A stretch of 64,000 nt of DNA from Candidatus Hermodarchaeum yapensis (lineage in GTDB: Archaea > Asgardarchaeota > Hermodarchaeia > Hermodarchaeales > Hermodarchaeaceae): assembly GCA_016840405.1 (NCBI GenBank), contig JAEOSK010000002.1, positions 68,042-132,041 of the forward strand, read 5' to 3'. Below, in pieces: positions 17,989 to 26,367 of the stretch (within the stretch, counting starts at the first letter, position 1; each line of letters opens with the position of its first letter). The notes below the pieces were generated by a model. That model made no database searches, was not told the origin of the DNA, and worked only from the letters and a program-made list of their open reading frames with translations. Position numbers and translations under genes: made by a program.

Positions 17989-19005
17989 TTATGGAATTCC
18001 AGGTACTTTAGGGAATGGGGAACATTCCCAGATATGGGGGATGCCACAGATATACCGTGTTAGTCGCTCCATACCAATACCAAATCCTGCTGAAGGAGGA
18101 ATGCCTTCTTCTAGCATGTCAATATACCATCCATATTTTTGAGGGTCGTCACCAGTTTCCCGCATGCGCCGTGTGACTCCCTCAACCGTATATTCTCGCT
18201 CACCCCCACTGGAGATTTCTCCGTAACCTTCAGGTAACAGCAGATCCATTGAACGTACTACTCCGGGTCGATCGTCATCGACAAGGTAAAAGAAACCACG
18301 GGATGTGTATGGGTAGTCAGTAATCCAGAATGGTGTGTTAAAGAAGAGTGAGAGATGGTGTTCTGCTATCCAAGGAATCTCTGCTTTAGGATCTAAATCA
18401 AATCCCTCATCAGCGAGAATTTTTAGGGCTTCAGTGAATGTGATTCGTGGGAGGTGCCGGGGAGGTAAGTGAAGGGTGCGTCCAAGCTGTTCTAGCTGCG
18501 TTTTGCACTCCTTATGGACTGAATTGATGGCCTCGTACAGTAATCGGTCTCCAAGCGCCATCACTTCGTCACATGAGGTATTGGCCATTTCTAAATCGAG
18601 TTGATAGAACTCAGCAAGGTGACGACCCGTACTCTTACTTGCTGATGGCTCCAGCCGGACGTTGGGAGAAAATGAATAAACGCGGGGGTAACTCGCCATC
18701 GCCATTTGTTTGTACAAAATCATGCTGGTCATCAGCACGTACATCTTCCCATAGAAGGGAACCACAACGGTGCCAGCCCCACGAATACCTGGATCGGTAA
18801 CGGGACCAATAATTGGCGCCAACACTTCCATGAACCCTTTACTATCAAGGAAGCGACGACATGCTCGAGATATTTGATGCTGCACCTGTAGGATTGCTCG
18901 AGCTCGCGGAGTACGGATCGACCGGTATCGGAATCGAACACCGCTTTCCACGTCTTTTGCTACTTCGCTTGAGAGCCGACGACGCGGAATTGGTTCCAAT
19001 ACCAT
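17989..19005 (-). CDS. archaeal AsnA-type asparagine synthetase / class-II Asx-tRNA synthetase catalytic-core paralog (no anticodon-binding domain)
   Basis: Class-II motif 2 GRHLAEFYQLDLEM and motif 3 GFGIGMERLTRY. At 338 aa it is too short to hold the N-terminal OB domain. Confidence 0.7.
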   Translation of the reverse strand: MVLEPIPRRRLSSEVAKDVESGVRFRYRSIRTPRARAILQVQHQISRACRRFLDSKGFMEVLAPIIGPVTDPGIRGAGTVVVPFYGKMYVLMTSMILYKQMAMASYPRVYSFSPNVRLEPSASKSTGRHLAEFYQLDLEMANTSCDEVMALGDRLLYEAINSVHKECKTQLEQLGRTLHLPPRHLPRITFTEALKILADEGFDLDPKAEIPWIAEHHLSLFFNTPFWITDYPYTSRGFFYLVDDDRPGVVRSMDLLLPEGYGEISSGGEREYTVEGVTRRMRETGDDPQKYGWYIDMLEEGIPPSAGFGIGMERLTRYICGIPHIWECSPFPKVPGIP

Positions 19006-19122
19006 GTTGACGCACCCAAGGTATCTACAGATGGTCTAACCATATTATCTTTTTGCTAACGGCAATGGCAAAAAGACAAAATATAACAATAATTATATAT
19101 CATAATTGTCTATTTGATAATT

Positions 19123-19566
19123 ATGATTGATAAACAGGATTTCAAGATACTAAACGAATTGCAGCAAGATGCCAGTCAATCTGTACTCAGCATATCCCGT
19201 AAAGTGAAAATGCCCCGCTCGACAGTGCAACATCGAATAGAAAGGATGAAAGCAAATCAGATTATAAAGCGAGTTGTAGCACTTCCTGATTATGCAAAAA
19301 TTGGGTTACCAGTTACCGCTTTTGTGTTGGTGAATTTTCATCCCACAAGTGGACTCTCTCAACAGGACGTAGCTCAATCGATTGCTAAGCTAGAAAATGT
19401 GGTTGAAGTACACGTGGTTGCTGGTCAATGGGATATAATTCTGAAAGCCCGGGGGGCATCATTGAAAGAGATTGGTGAACTGGTGGTAAATCAGCTTCGC
19501 GAAATTCCTGGTGTAGGTCAGACCGTAACGTCGGGTAGTTTCTTCGTTATCAAAGAAGATCCGTAG
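19123..19566 (+). CDS. Lrp/AsnC-family transcriptional regulator
   Basis: N-terminal HTH (DKQDFKILNELQQDASQS...ISRKVKMPRSTVQHRIERM) and C-terminal RAM domain (AFVLVNF...VVAGQWDIILKA). Confidence 0.85.
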   Translation: MIDKQDFKILNELQQDASQSVLSISRKVKMPRSTVQHRIERMKANQIIKRVVALPDYAKIGLPVTAFVLVNFHPTSGLSQQDVAQSIAKLENVVEVHVVAGQWDIILKARGASLKEIGELVVNQLREIPGVGQTVTSGSFFVIKEDP

Positions 19567-19569
19567 TCA

Positions 19570-20055
19570 TTAGATTTTTTTGAGAAGTGGTCGGAGTTTT
19601 GTGTATCTATCATCAGTAGCAATGGTTTCACTCAGAGTGTCTTCAAGGGCTTGATCGAGGGCTTGTTTAAGCTGTTGTTGGGCTTCTTTTTCTTTTCCGA
19701 GTTCTATAAGGGCCCAGGCATGGTTGAGGTAGATGGTAGGTGAGGGATTGGGGAGTTTGGCGGCTTTTGCATAGCATTTTTCGCCTTCTTCCCAATTACT
19801 TTGAAGGAGGTAGAGGTGGCCAAGATTGTTCCAGTTTTGAACATTCTTGGGGTCGAGGTCTGTGGCTTGTTTAGCAGCTTCAGTGGCTTGTTCGATTTCT
19901 CCGCTTTGTTTATGGATGTTGGCAAGAAGACTCCATGCATCGACGTTCTTTTTATCAAGGTCTATGAGTTCTTTTGTCAGTTTTTCTGCTCGTTCATAGT
20001 CGGAGTCACTGAGGGCAATTACTGCCCGTTGAAAAAGGTCACTTTCTTTACCCAT
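19570..20055 (-). CDS. TPR-repeat protein
   Basis: Repeated W..LG..Y...G....A...Y..A..L.P 34-residue pattern, about 4 units. Confidence 0.75.
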   Translation of the reverse strand: MGKESDLFQRAVIALSDSDYERAEKLTKELIDLDKKNVDAWSLLANIHKQSGEIEQATEAAKQATDLDPKNVQNWNNLGHLYLLQSNWEEGEKCYAKAAKLPNPSPTIYLNHAWALIELGKEKEAQQQLKQALDQALEDTLSETIATDDRYTKLRPLLKKI

Positions 20056-20131
20056 ATGCCAACACCAATCCGTATAACCTCCGGTATCGTACCTCTAAAA
20101 TGCTTCTTTCAGCTTGCTTCAGTGGCTTGGA

Positions 20132-20527
20132 TTATCCGGATTCTTCATCCGGTTCATTGCGGATCCTCATTCTACGGATTCGATTTCGTTGTGATTCATG
20201 GCTCCTATCATATCGACGTTTGAATTCGTGCTTCATAACCGTGTGCATTACGAAATACGTTAATCCCAACATCAAGCCGACGCCTAGTGATACCCAAAAT
20301 ATGATTGATGTAATTAATAGCAATCCCATGGCGAGTTGTTGATTTCCTGTTAGACTGGCAACTGTTGTTACACCGTAGAGAATACCTATGAAAATTGCTA
20401 GTCCTATGATGATTAGAATGATTGCGCGAGTTCTCGATTGTGGTTGAGGTCGATCTTGTTGGTGGGTTGCTCCCTTTCGGGGCGCTGGAAATATCCGAGT
20501 TGAGCTATGCATTAGGTTTCTCTCCAA
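20132..20527 (-). CDS. hypothetical membrane protein with Arg-rich cytoplasmic tail
   Basis: Three hydrophobic helices. Basic N- and C-termini. Confidence 0.4.
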   Translation of the reverse strand: MERNLMHSSTRIFPAPRKGATHQQDRPQPQSRTRAIILIIIGLAIFIGILYGVTTVASLTGNQQLAMGLLLITSIIFWVSLGVGLMLGLTYFVMHTVMKHEFKRRYDRSHESQRNRIRRMRIRNEPDEESG

Positions 20528-20694
20528 AAACTGGATATCTTCACAGAGTACCTTTAGATAAAATGTTTTGGTTCACAAACCAATGGAAAACACTTCAATG
20601 CTGTAAAACTCCTCAAATTTTCTTGCACACAAACCTTATCAGAGAATAGCATGCAGAGGGTAGGAGGCTTCTTTGAAGGAGGCTTGCAGAAATC

Positions 20695-21003
20695 ATGTCA
20701 ATGATGGAATACGTTAAACCCTTAACCTATTATGGTGCTATTATCGCTATTATCGTTGGGTTTGTCGAAATCGTGTTTGCGATTTTCTCATGGTCTTTCA
20801 TTACCATTGTACTTGCTGTTCTTGCCATTGTTTCTGGATTCCTTGTTTTTTCACGGTATTATCCGCTCCTTGACAAGGCACCAAGTGACACTGCTATTTG
20901 GCTAATCATATTTGGTATCCTTTCGTGGTCAGCTATTGGTGGTATTCTGATCTTTATTGCCGGACTCTTCCTCATCATCGAGAAGGAAAGTGAAAAAGGA
21001 TAA
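20695..21003 (+). CDS. small 4-TM membrane protein (paralog family)
   Basis: Hydrophobic 102 aa. C-terminal SWSAIGGILIFIAGLFLIIE resembles the next gene's SWGIAGLLLVISGILILID. Confidence 0.5.
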   Translation: MSMMEYVKPLTYYGAIIAIIVGFVEIVFAIFSWSFITIVLAVLAIVSGFLVFSRYYPLLDKAPSDTAIWLIIFGILSWSAIGGILIFIAGLFLIIEKESEKG

Positions 21004-21165
21004 TCAAGGCAGGGGTTTCCAATTCGAGGAACTAGCGATTTGAATCGCAAGTTCCTTTGCTTCATTTTTTTTCAGATTCGCCACCTAGGAAATGTGTTTT
21101 AAGGTTATAATGGTTACTTTGAATACTGGAGTGTAGTAGCCATAGATATCATAGACACCGCACGG

Positions 21166-21492
21166 TTGCTCATGCGATGTGGATCCATTCTTGGGATTGT
21201 GTTAGGTGTATTATCAACGTTATTTTGGGGGAATCTTATCTTTGTTCGGTCTCTAGCACCGGTATTTTCAGTGAACCTCTTTGAACTATTTTTGCTACTG
21301 GTTAGTATTGGTGCAATAATTTCCTGCTACTACCTCTACACTCGGTTTCCCCCAAGAATTGAAAACGACCCTAGCAACACAGGCTTGGTATTAGTGGGAT
21401 TAGGGATATTTGTAGCAATAGGGTCTTGGGGCATTGCTGGACTGCTTCTTGTAATAAGTGGGATTCTCATCTTAATTGATGAAACAAGTTAA
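21166..21492 (+). CDS. small 4-TM membrane protein (paralog of 20695-21003)
   Basis: Same size and topology, and the same C-terminal motif, as the upstream gene. Confidence 0.5.
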   Translation: MLMRCGSILGIVLGVLSTLFWGNLIFVRSLAPVFSVNLFELFLLLVSIGAIISCYYLYTRFPPRIENDPSNTGLVLVGLGIFVAIGSWGIAGLLLVISGILILIDETS

Positions 21493-21515
21493 TCCTAAGA
21501 ATTCTTTAAGTAAAA

Positions 21516-22658
21516 TTAGAAGTTAAGTTTGCCTTCCATTATCACGGCTGTGGGACCGATACTGACAATCGCATCATTCAAGGTATGGTCATAGACCAGA
21601 TTACTCTGGCTTCGTCCGCCGATGTAGGTGTTATCACCAAGACCTAAGGTTATGGTACCAGGGATGAGGGTATCGGTGTGTTGACCGAAAGTCGTTGAGC
21701 CACGTGGATTAATTCCAAAGGCTAGTCGCGTTAACCGGTCTTTTACTTCAGTCCCAGCATGTAGTGCTTGTTCTATGGTCTTGGCTCCTTTGAGAACTCG
21801 GGTATGTGTTAGCTGGCCCTTTTTGAAATCTAATCGGAGATTTTGGATGGTTTCACCTAGATAGGCTCTGGGAAGATTGAATATCACAGAACCTTCAGCA
21901 CTGGATTCATCGATTGGAATGGTGATGGTTCCCGCAGGTAATTGGGCGAAGACGTTCTTGTTTTGTATATCTGCTTGGTCGATAATTCCGTCATCGATAC
22001 GTGGTTTTCCTCGAGTTCGAAATCGTAAATCGGTTCCTTCGCTGGAACTGAGATGAATTTCACGATATTTGCTGAGGAGACTTTCGAAACGTTGACCTAA
22101 TTCGACAATTTCGCCTTGGTTTGCGGAAAGGGCTCGGTTACTTTCGTTCATCAGATTTGATTGGGAGATACCATATGTCTTTGCAGCTTTTTCAGTAAAT
22201 CCCGTAGTTCTTACGAAAAGTGTACGAACTTGGCTAAAGAAAGCTGTTCCGAGTAAACGTGTAATTTGGCTGGTGACACCCAAGACTTTGCTTTTATCAG
22301 CGCTTTTGTAAATACCGGGGTCTTCAGGACCATCAAGTACAATTAGCACATTGCTTTTTGATACACCACTGAGCCAATGGTCAATTGGTGTGTTGACTGC
22401 TTCTTGGGGAGCTTTCTTTAACACGTGAGTCACTGAACTTTCTGATGTTACGCTGAGAACGGCAGCAGCTCCATGAAGCTGGGCTTGTTCCACTATCTCT
22501 TGTGCTAGATCAAAGGAATGATCCCAAGTATGTACCCAAACGCGTTCCTGATCACGAATTCGTAAAGCATCCTGGACAATCTGACGCGCAAAGCTTGTTG
22601 ACATTCTTATGAGCTTCCCATTTGATATTGTATCTCGTGAATGAAAGCCTAAATTCAT
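21516..22658 (-). CDS. M29 (aminopeptidase T/AmpS)-like protein, possibly non-catalytic
   Basis: Overall pattern GTDLRF...LPAG...P..ESSAEG...G.NP resembles M29 aminopeptidases. Several expected metal ligands are not obvious by eye. Confidence 0.4.
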   Translation of the reverse strand: MNLGFHSRDTISNGKLIRMSTSFARQIVQDALRIRDQERVWVHTWDHSFDLAQEIVEQAQLHGAAAVLSVTSESSVTHVLKKAPQEAVNTPIDHWLSGVSKSNVLIVLDGPEDPGIYKSADKSKVLGVTSQITRLLGTAFFSQVRTLFVRTTGFTEKAAKTYGISQSNLMNESNRALSANQGEIVELGQRFESLLSKYREIHLSSSEGTDLRFRTRGKPRIDDGIIDQADIQNKNVFAQLPAGTITIPIDESSAEGSVIFNLPRAYLGETIQNLRLDFKKGQLTHTRVLKGAKTIEQALHAGTEVKDRLTRLAFGINPRGSTTFGQHTDTLIPGTITLGLGDNTYIGGRSQSNLVYDHTLNDAIVSIGPTAVIMEGKLNF

Positions 22659-22734
22659 TTAAGGCTTCATGAAGAACCTGTACTTTTAAGGATGGGATGA
22701 ATCGTGGAGTTTAAATAAGTTATTAAAATTCTCT

Positions 22735-22945
22735 AATCGAGGTTCCAGTCAGTAACCGAGAACCAAGGTTTTAAGACTGGGCAACATCGCCGGAACGGCG
22801 AGTAGGTCCTGTGGACCAGTCGATCCAAATCGATGGAATGAAGCGGGAAGGTCCATCCTTCAGGGTAGAGTAGTTCACACTGTCTTGATTTTCCAACAAG
22901 AGAACTTGGGTTCAGTTACACTGAACCCTCTCTTTTGTTTTTATT
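22735..22945 (+). ncRNA. candidate structured non-coding RNA (unknown family)
   Basis: TTTAAATA box at 22710-22717. Seven consecutive perfect hairpins between 22745 and 22928, the last (GGGTTCAG-ttaca-CTGAACCC) followed by a T-rich tract. No plausible ORF. Confidence 0.3.
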
Positions 22946-23215
22946 TTAGAAAGTGTATAGAGATATATGCGTGAGTTCATTGACTAAAGATCCTCTCCTA
23001 AATCCCAAACGACCCTACCTGAATCCCCATGATTGGCGGATTACTTACTTACCGGATGATGACTCAGTCATCGACCTCGACCAATAGGCATTCAGCCTGT
23101 CCATTTCACATCGTTTCTCAAATTTGAGGAGAGGGGGAGCACAGGGAATCTCAGGCACATCTCCCCCAAAACCATAACATGTAAAAAGAAACCAAAACTC
23201 GCGACGCTTGCAGAG

Positions 23216-23692
23216 GTGACCTTCATCTTGAGGGTAGCACGTCTGCAATATGTCCTGATATTGGTGTTTCTACTCTTTGTGAGCGTTAGCTTATGCAAAC
23301 CCGTACACGCTAGTGATGGATTCTGGGTTCGAAAAGACTACGATTACACAGGAATCTTTCAATCTCTTGGTGGGTTTGAAGAGTGGAACTTTAATACATC
23401 GAGAGGTCCCGATGACCGTTGGGTCATTAACCTTACTATTAGTGGGTACGGCTTTAGCCCAATAACTGTGCTCGTATGTAATCAACTCGGGTATGATCAA
23501 TGGAAACAGACGGGGTCCACTAATCAATGTGCATTTGTAGAAGCTGTGATGTTAACGCTTGATGTGGCAGTTAATCTAACTCAGCAGAGCAATTGGTTTT
23601 TTGTACTCAATAACACTGGTGCGGTCACTCTTTTCTATACTCTTTTTATCACTCACTTTAAGTGGTATACTGAACTTCCCCCAACTGCGTAA
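23216..23692 (+). CDS. secreted hypothetical protein (ectodomain part of an interrupted type-I membrane protein?)
   Basis: Signal-peptide-like N-terminus (VLILVFLLFVSVSLCKPVHA). Ends at TAA 23690-23692, after which the frame stays open. Confidence 0.5.
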   Translation: MTFILRVARLQYVLILVFLLFVSVSLCKPVHASDGFWVRKDYDYTGIFQSLGGFEEWNFNTSRGPDDRWVINLTISGYGFSPITVLVCNQLGYDQWKQTGSTNQCAFVEAVMLTLDVAVNLTQQSNWFFVLNNTGAVTLFYTLFITHFKWYTELPPTA

Positions 23693-23923
23693 ACAGATAC
23701 TTTCTCGTTTTTTGGGGCCTTCTTAGGTTACCTAATTATTCTAGGCATTATTTGTTTCAGAATCATTCCGTGTTTACGTAATTGCAGTTGTATTGGTCGA
23801 TTGCGTCGTAGTTCAAGGAAGAAATACGAAGGTTCAGAAATCCACTATCACTACTATTTTGTAGGGCAACTGGATTCATTTCCCGCTCATCAAATCCATG
23901 ATGATGAGGAAGATGAATGGTGA
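23693..23923 (+). other. in-frame continuation after TAA encoding a TM helix plus basic/acidic tail (no start codon of its own)
   Basis: Hand translation: TDTFSFFGAFLGYLIILGIICFRIIPCLRNCSCIGRLRRSSRKKYEGSEIHYHYYFVGQLDSFPAHQIHDDEEDEW*. Confidence 0.4.
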
Positions 23924-24054
23924 GTCTTCATGAAATGCTCTGAAATCTTGGCTATTCTGGAACGAAGTAAAATGCAATAAGCACCAATCCAATTAAAAGC
24001 CAACACAGAAAATAAATACTAAGGGTACTACTGAGCCCAAAGGAGCACTCGCCT

Positions 24055-25188
24055 ATGAGCAAACCCACATATATCTTCAAAGTTCCAGTTGCCGGTGATG
24101 GAGCAGTTGGAAAAACAAGTCTTATTGTTCGTTACACACAAGGGACCTTCACTGATACTTACAAAATGACAATCGGAACATCCTTTGCGGTAAAAACTGT
24201 GGACTTGGACAGTGTGATGGTTAAACTCCAAATCTGGGACCTAGCTGGACAACCACACTTTGGTGGAGTACGCCCCTTATTCTATCAGGGTTCTACTGGC
24301 GTTATTTACGTGTTCAGCGTAATCGATCGGTCATCCTTTGAACACTTGGTTGGGTGGCTCGAAGAGGCCCGAAAGAATGCAGGGAATGTGCCCGGTATTT
24401 TAATTGGAAATAAAACGGATTTGTTGGAACAACGAGAAGTTTCGCGTGAAGAGGCTGAAGCCTACGCTGCACAAGCTGGGTTGAAGTATATTGAGACGAG
24501 TGCGAAACTAGATGAGAACGTAGGGGATGCGTTTCAGCAGGTAGCAGTTACGATTATTCAAACGAAATGGCCGGAGTGGGGAGAGGTCGTGGAAGAACCA
24601 GTCCCTGCAGAACCTGAACCCGCCGTTAAAGCTCCAGCTGAGCCAGAGCTGGAGATTGAACCAACTGAAGAACCCGCAGTTCCCGTTGAAGAACCGACTC
24701 CTGAGGAGCTATTAGTCGTAGAGGCAGAAATACCTGAAGCAACGTTTCCAGAACCAGAAATACCCGAACCCATTCCTGTACCAGAATCTGAACCGTGGGT
24801 GGAAGAGGAGCCTGTTCCCCTTGACGAACCGGTTCCAATTGAAGAACCTGCTCCAACAATTGAAAGTGTTGAACCCATTGAGCCAATAGAACCGCCGGTA
24901 TCTGAGGAACCAACGATTACTCCTGCTGAATCTGTTCCTGTGGAAACACCACGTGAAGAAGCAGATATCGTTGTTGAGCATAAGGCTGAATCAAGTCTAG
25001 TAGAGTTTATCGGGGTTGATCCCCACTCACTCCAGGATGATGATTTTGAAAAACGAGCCGTGCACGCCATGAACCGTTTGGGTGTAAGTGAAGTCGGTGT
25101 ATTGGGCACTTTTTTGCGAAGTCTTATCCGTCAAGGTCAACGTGATGTGGTAATTGAGAGTCTAGAAAGCCTTCAAGAAGAACGCTAG
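24055..25188 (+). CDS. Ras/Rab-like small GTPase with long Pro/Glu-rich spacer and C-terminal helical domain
   Basis: G1 GDGAVGKTS, G3 WDLAGQ, G4 GNKTDL, G5 ETSAK. AAGGAG precedes the ATG. Confidence 0.85.
   Translation: MSKPTYIFKVPVAGDGAVGKTSLIVRYTQGTFTDTYKMTIGTSFAVKTVDLDSVMVKLQIWDLAGQPHFGGVRPLFYQGSTGVIYVFSVIDRSSFEHLVGWLEEARKNAGNVPGILIGNKTDLLEQREVSREEAEAYAAQAGLKYIETSAKLDENVGDAFQQVAVTIIQTKWPEWGEVVEEPVPAEPEPAVKAPAEPELEIEPTEEPAVPVEEPTPEELLVVEAEIPEATFPEPEIPEPIPVPESEPWVEEEPVPLDEPVPIEEPAPTIESVEPIEPIEPPVSEEPTITPAESVPVETPREEADIVVEHKAESSLVEFIGVDPHSLQDDDFEKRAVHAMNRLGVSEVGVLGTFLRSLIRQGQRDVVIESLESLQEER
24586..24960 (+). repeat. low-complexity Pro/Glu/Val/Ile-rich coding tract (about 125 aa)
   Basis: PEPEIPEPIPVPESEP, EPIEPIEPP and similar. 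It generates mirror-image spurious ORFs on the opposite strand. Confidence 0.7.
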
Positions 25189-25245
25189 CACTATCGGTTC
25201 ATCATAGAGTGTTTGCCTTGAATTTGTTGGAAAGCAAAGTAGACA

Positions 25246-25659
25246 CTATCGACCTTGTTGGCGCGCTGCTAGTGCGGCAATGAAAAGCAACTGGGCAACG
25301 AGGATCATAATCGGATAGGTGATGGGGTCCCAATACCCATGGTCAGCAGTCACTAATATGAGGCCGACTTCGTCAACTGCTAATCCCAGTCCTAATCCCA
25401 GAAAGAAGGCTCCAAATACTTGGGAATGACGGCTTTCCCAATAGAGTCCGATAAAGGCTCCCATGGTCATTAGGATAAGTCCCCAGAGGATATGGTGATA
25501 ATGGTAGATGCCGGTTTCAATGCCAATACCGGGGGCAATCACCACGGTAATGAGCCGGGAGGCAACAATTGCAATGATATACCACACCAAAGTTATAGAG
25601 GTAATTTGAGCAATGGTCGCTGTTTTGAATCTCTCTGAAATTCTTTTTCTCGGACTCAT
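25246..25659 (-). CDS. hypothetical 4-TM membrane protein
   Basis: Hydrophobic helices. ATG at 25659 follows GGAGTG. The longer ORF to 25809 adds a non-hydrophobic extension. Confidence 0.45.
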   Translation of the reverse strand: MSPRKRISERFKTATIAQITSITLVWYIIAIVASRLITVVIAPGIGIETGIYHYHHILWGLILMTMGAFIGLYWESRHSQVFGAFFLGLGLGLAVDEVGLILVTADHGYWDPITYPIMILVAQLLFIAALAARQQGR

Positions 25660-25827
25660 GTCATTATCACTCCATAAAAGAAATGAGTTAGAGCTTAGTG
25701 TTGTTGGGTTCTCTGTTAAATAGCTTCGCCCCAAGATATGATGTTCAACTTCTAGAAGACCAAGTGAGAAGTTATTTATGGAAGCGTGTTCGTTAGGTAG
25801 CGCTATCACTTTCTGAGCGGATATGCA

Positions 25828-26229
25828 ATGTTGTTTCTTACTCCTGAACAGATTGAGTTTATCTTCACTTTTGCAATTGAATTATTTGTGGCGACCTTAG
25901 CATTCTTCCTGTCTGGTCGGCTATTGTCAGGCGTGAATGCAAAATTCACAGATGCTATTTTCGTAGCCTTTTTGGGCCTACTACTCAAGTTTGCAATTGA
26001 CTTTACGATTGGTATGGTACTGGTTCCCGGTCTCAATGAAATCGTGGTCTTTGCATGGAGTATTGTTTCATTGCTCGCCGCCTTTATTGTATGGATGTTA
26101 TTGGTTCAACACTTCTTTGATTGTACATTCGTGCGAGGTCTTTTCATAGTGCTGATTGCATTCATTCTGATTTTCGCCATCGACTTCGCTGTCTATTACA
26201 TATTCTCAATCATTTTCCCTGGGCCATAA
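25828..26229 (+). CDS. hypothetical 4-TM membrane protein
   Basis: 133 aa, four hydrophobic segments. Confidence 0.5.
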   Translation: MLFLTPEQIEFIFTFAIELFVATLAFFLSGRLLSGVNAKFTDAIFVAFLGLLLKFAIDFTIGMVLVPGLNEIVVFAWSIVSLLAAFIVWMLLVQHFFDCTFVRGLFIVLIAFILIFAIDFAVYYIFSIIFPGP

Positions 26230-26367
26230 CGCGTTGCAGCATTGATTAGTTCGATTCAAAACTTAACTCATTCATATCATGACCGGAGAATTTATAGTTA
26301 AAAGGTATGACCGCAAATAAAAGAGGAGCTATTCGAGATTTCTCCACTCTATAGAGAAGTGTAAAAA

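Noticed and set aside
22786-22812. Resemblance of CGCCGGAACGGCGAGUAGGUCC to the SRP RNA helix-8 GGAA-tetraloop region.
   Set aside because: With GGAA as the loop the closing pair would be C-C. The AGCA symmetric-loop motif is absent (AGUA instead). The ~200-nt unit lacks Alu-domain and 5'/3' pairing features, so SRP RNA identity is not supported.
24558-25109. 183-aa (and the 95-aa and 89-aa) minus-strand ORFs rich in Gly/Ser/Thr.
   Set aside because: They are the antisense image of the Pro/Glu-rich low-complexity tract of the GTPase gene. The sense gene has clear G1-G5 motifs, so the antisense ORFs are composition artefacts.
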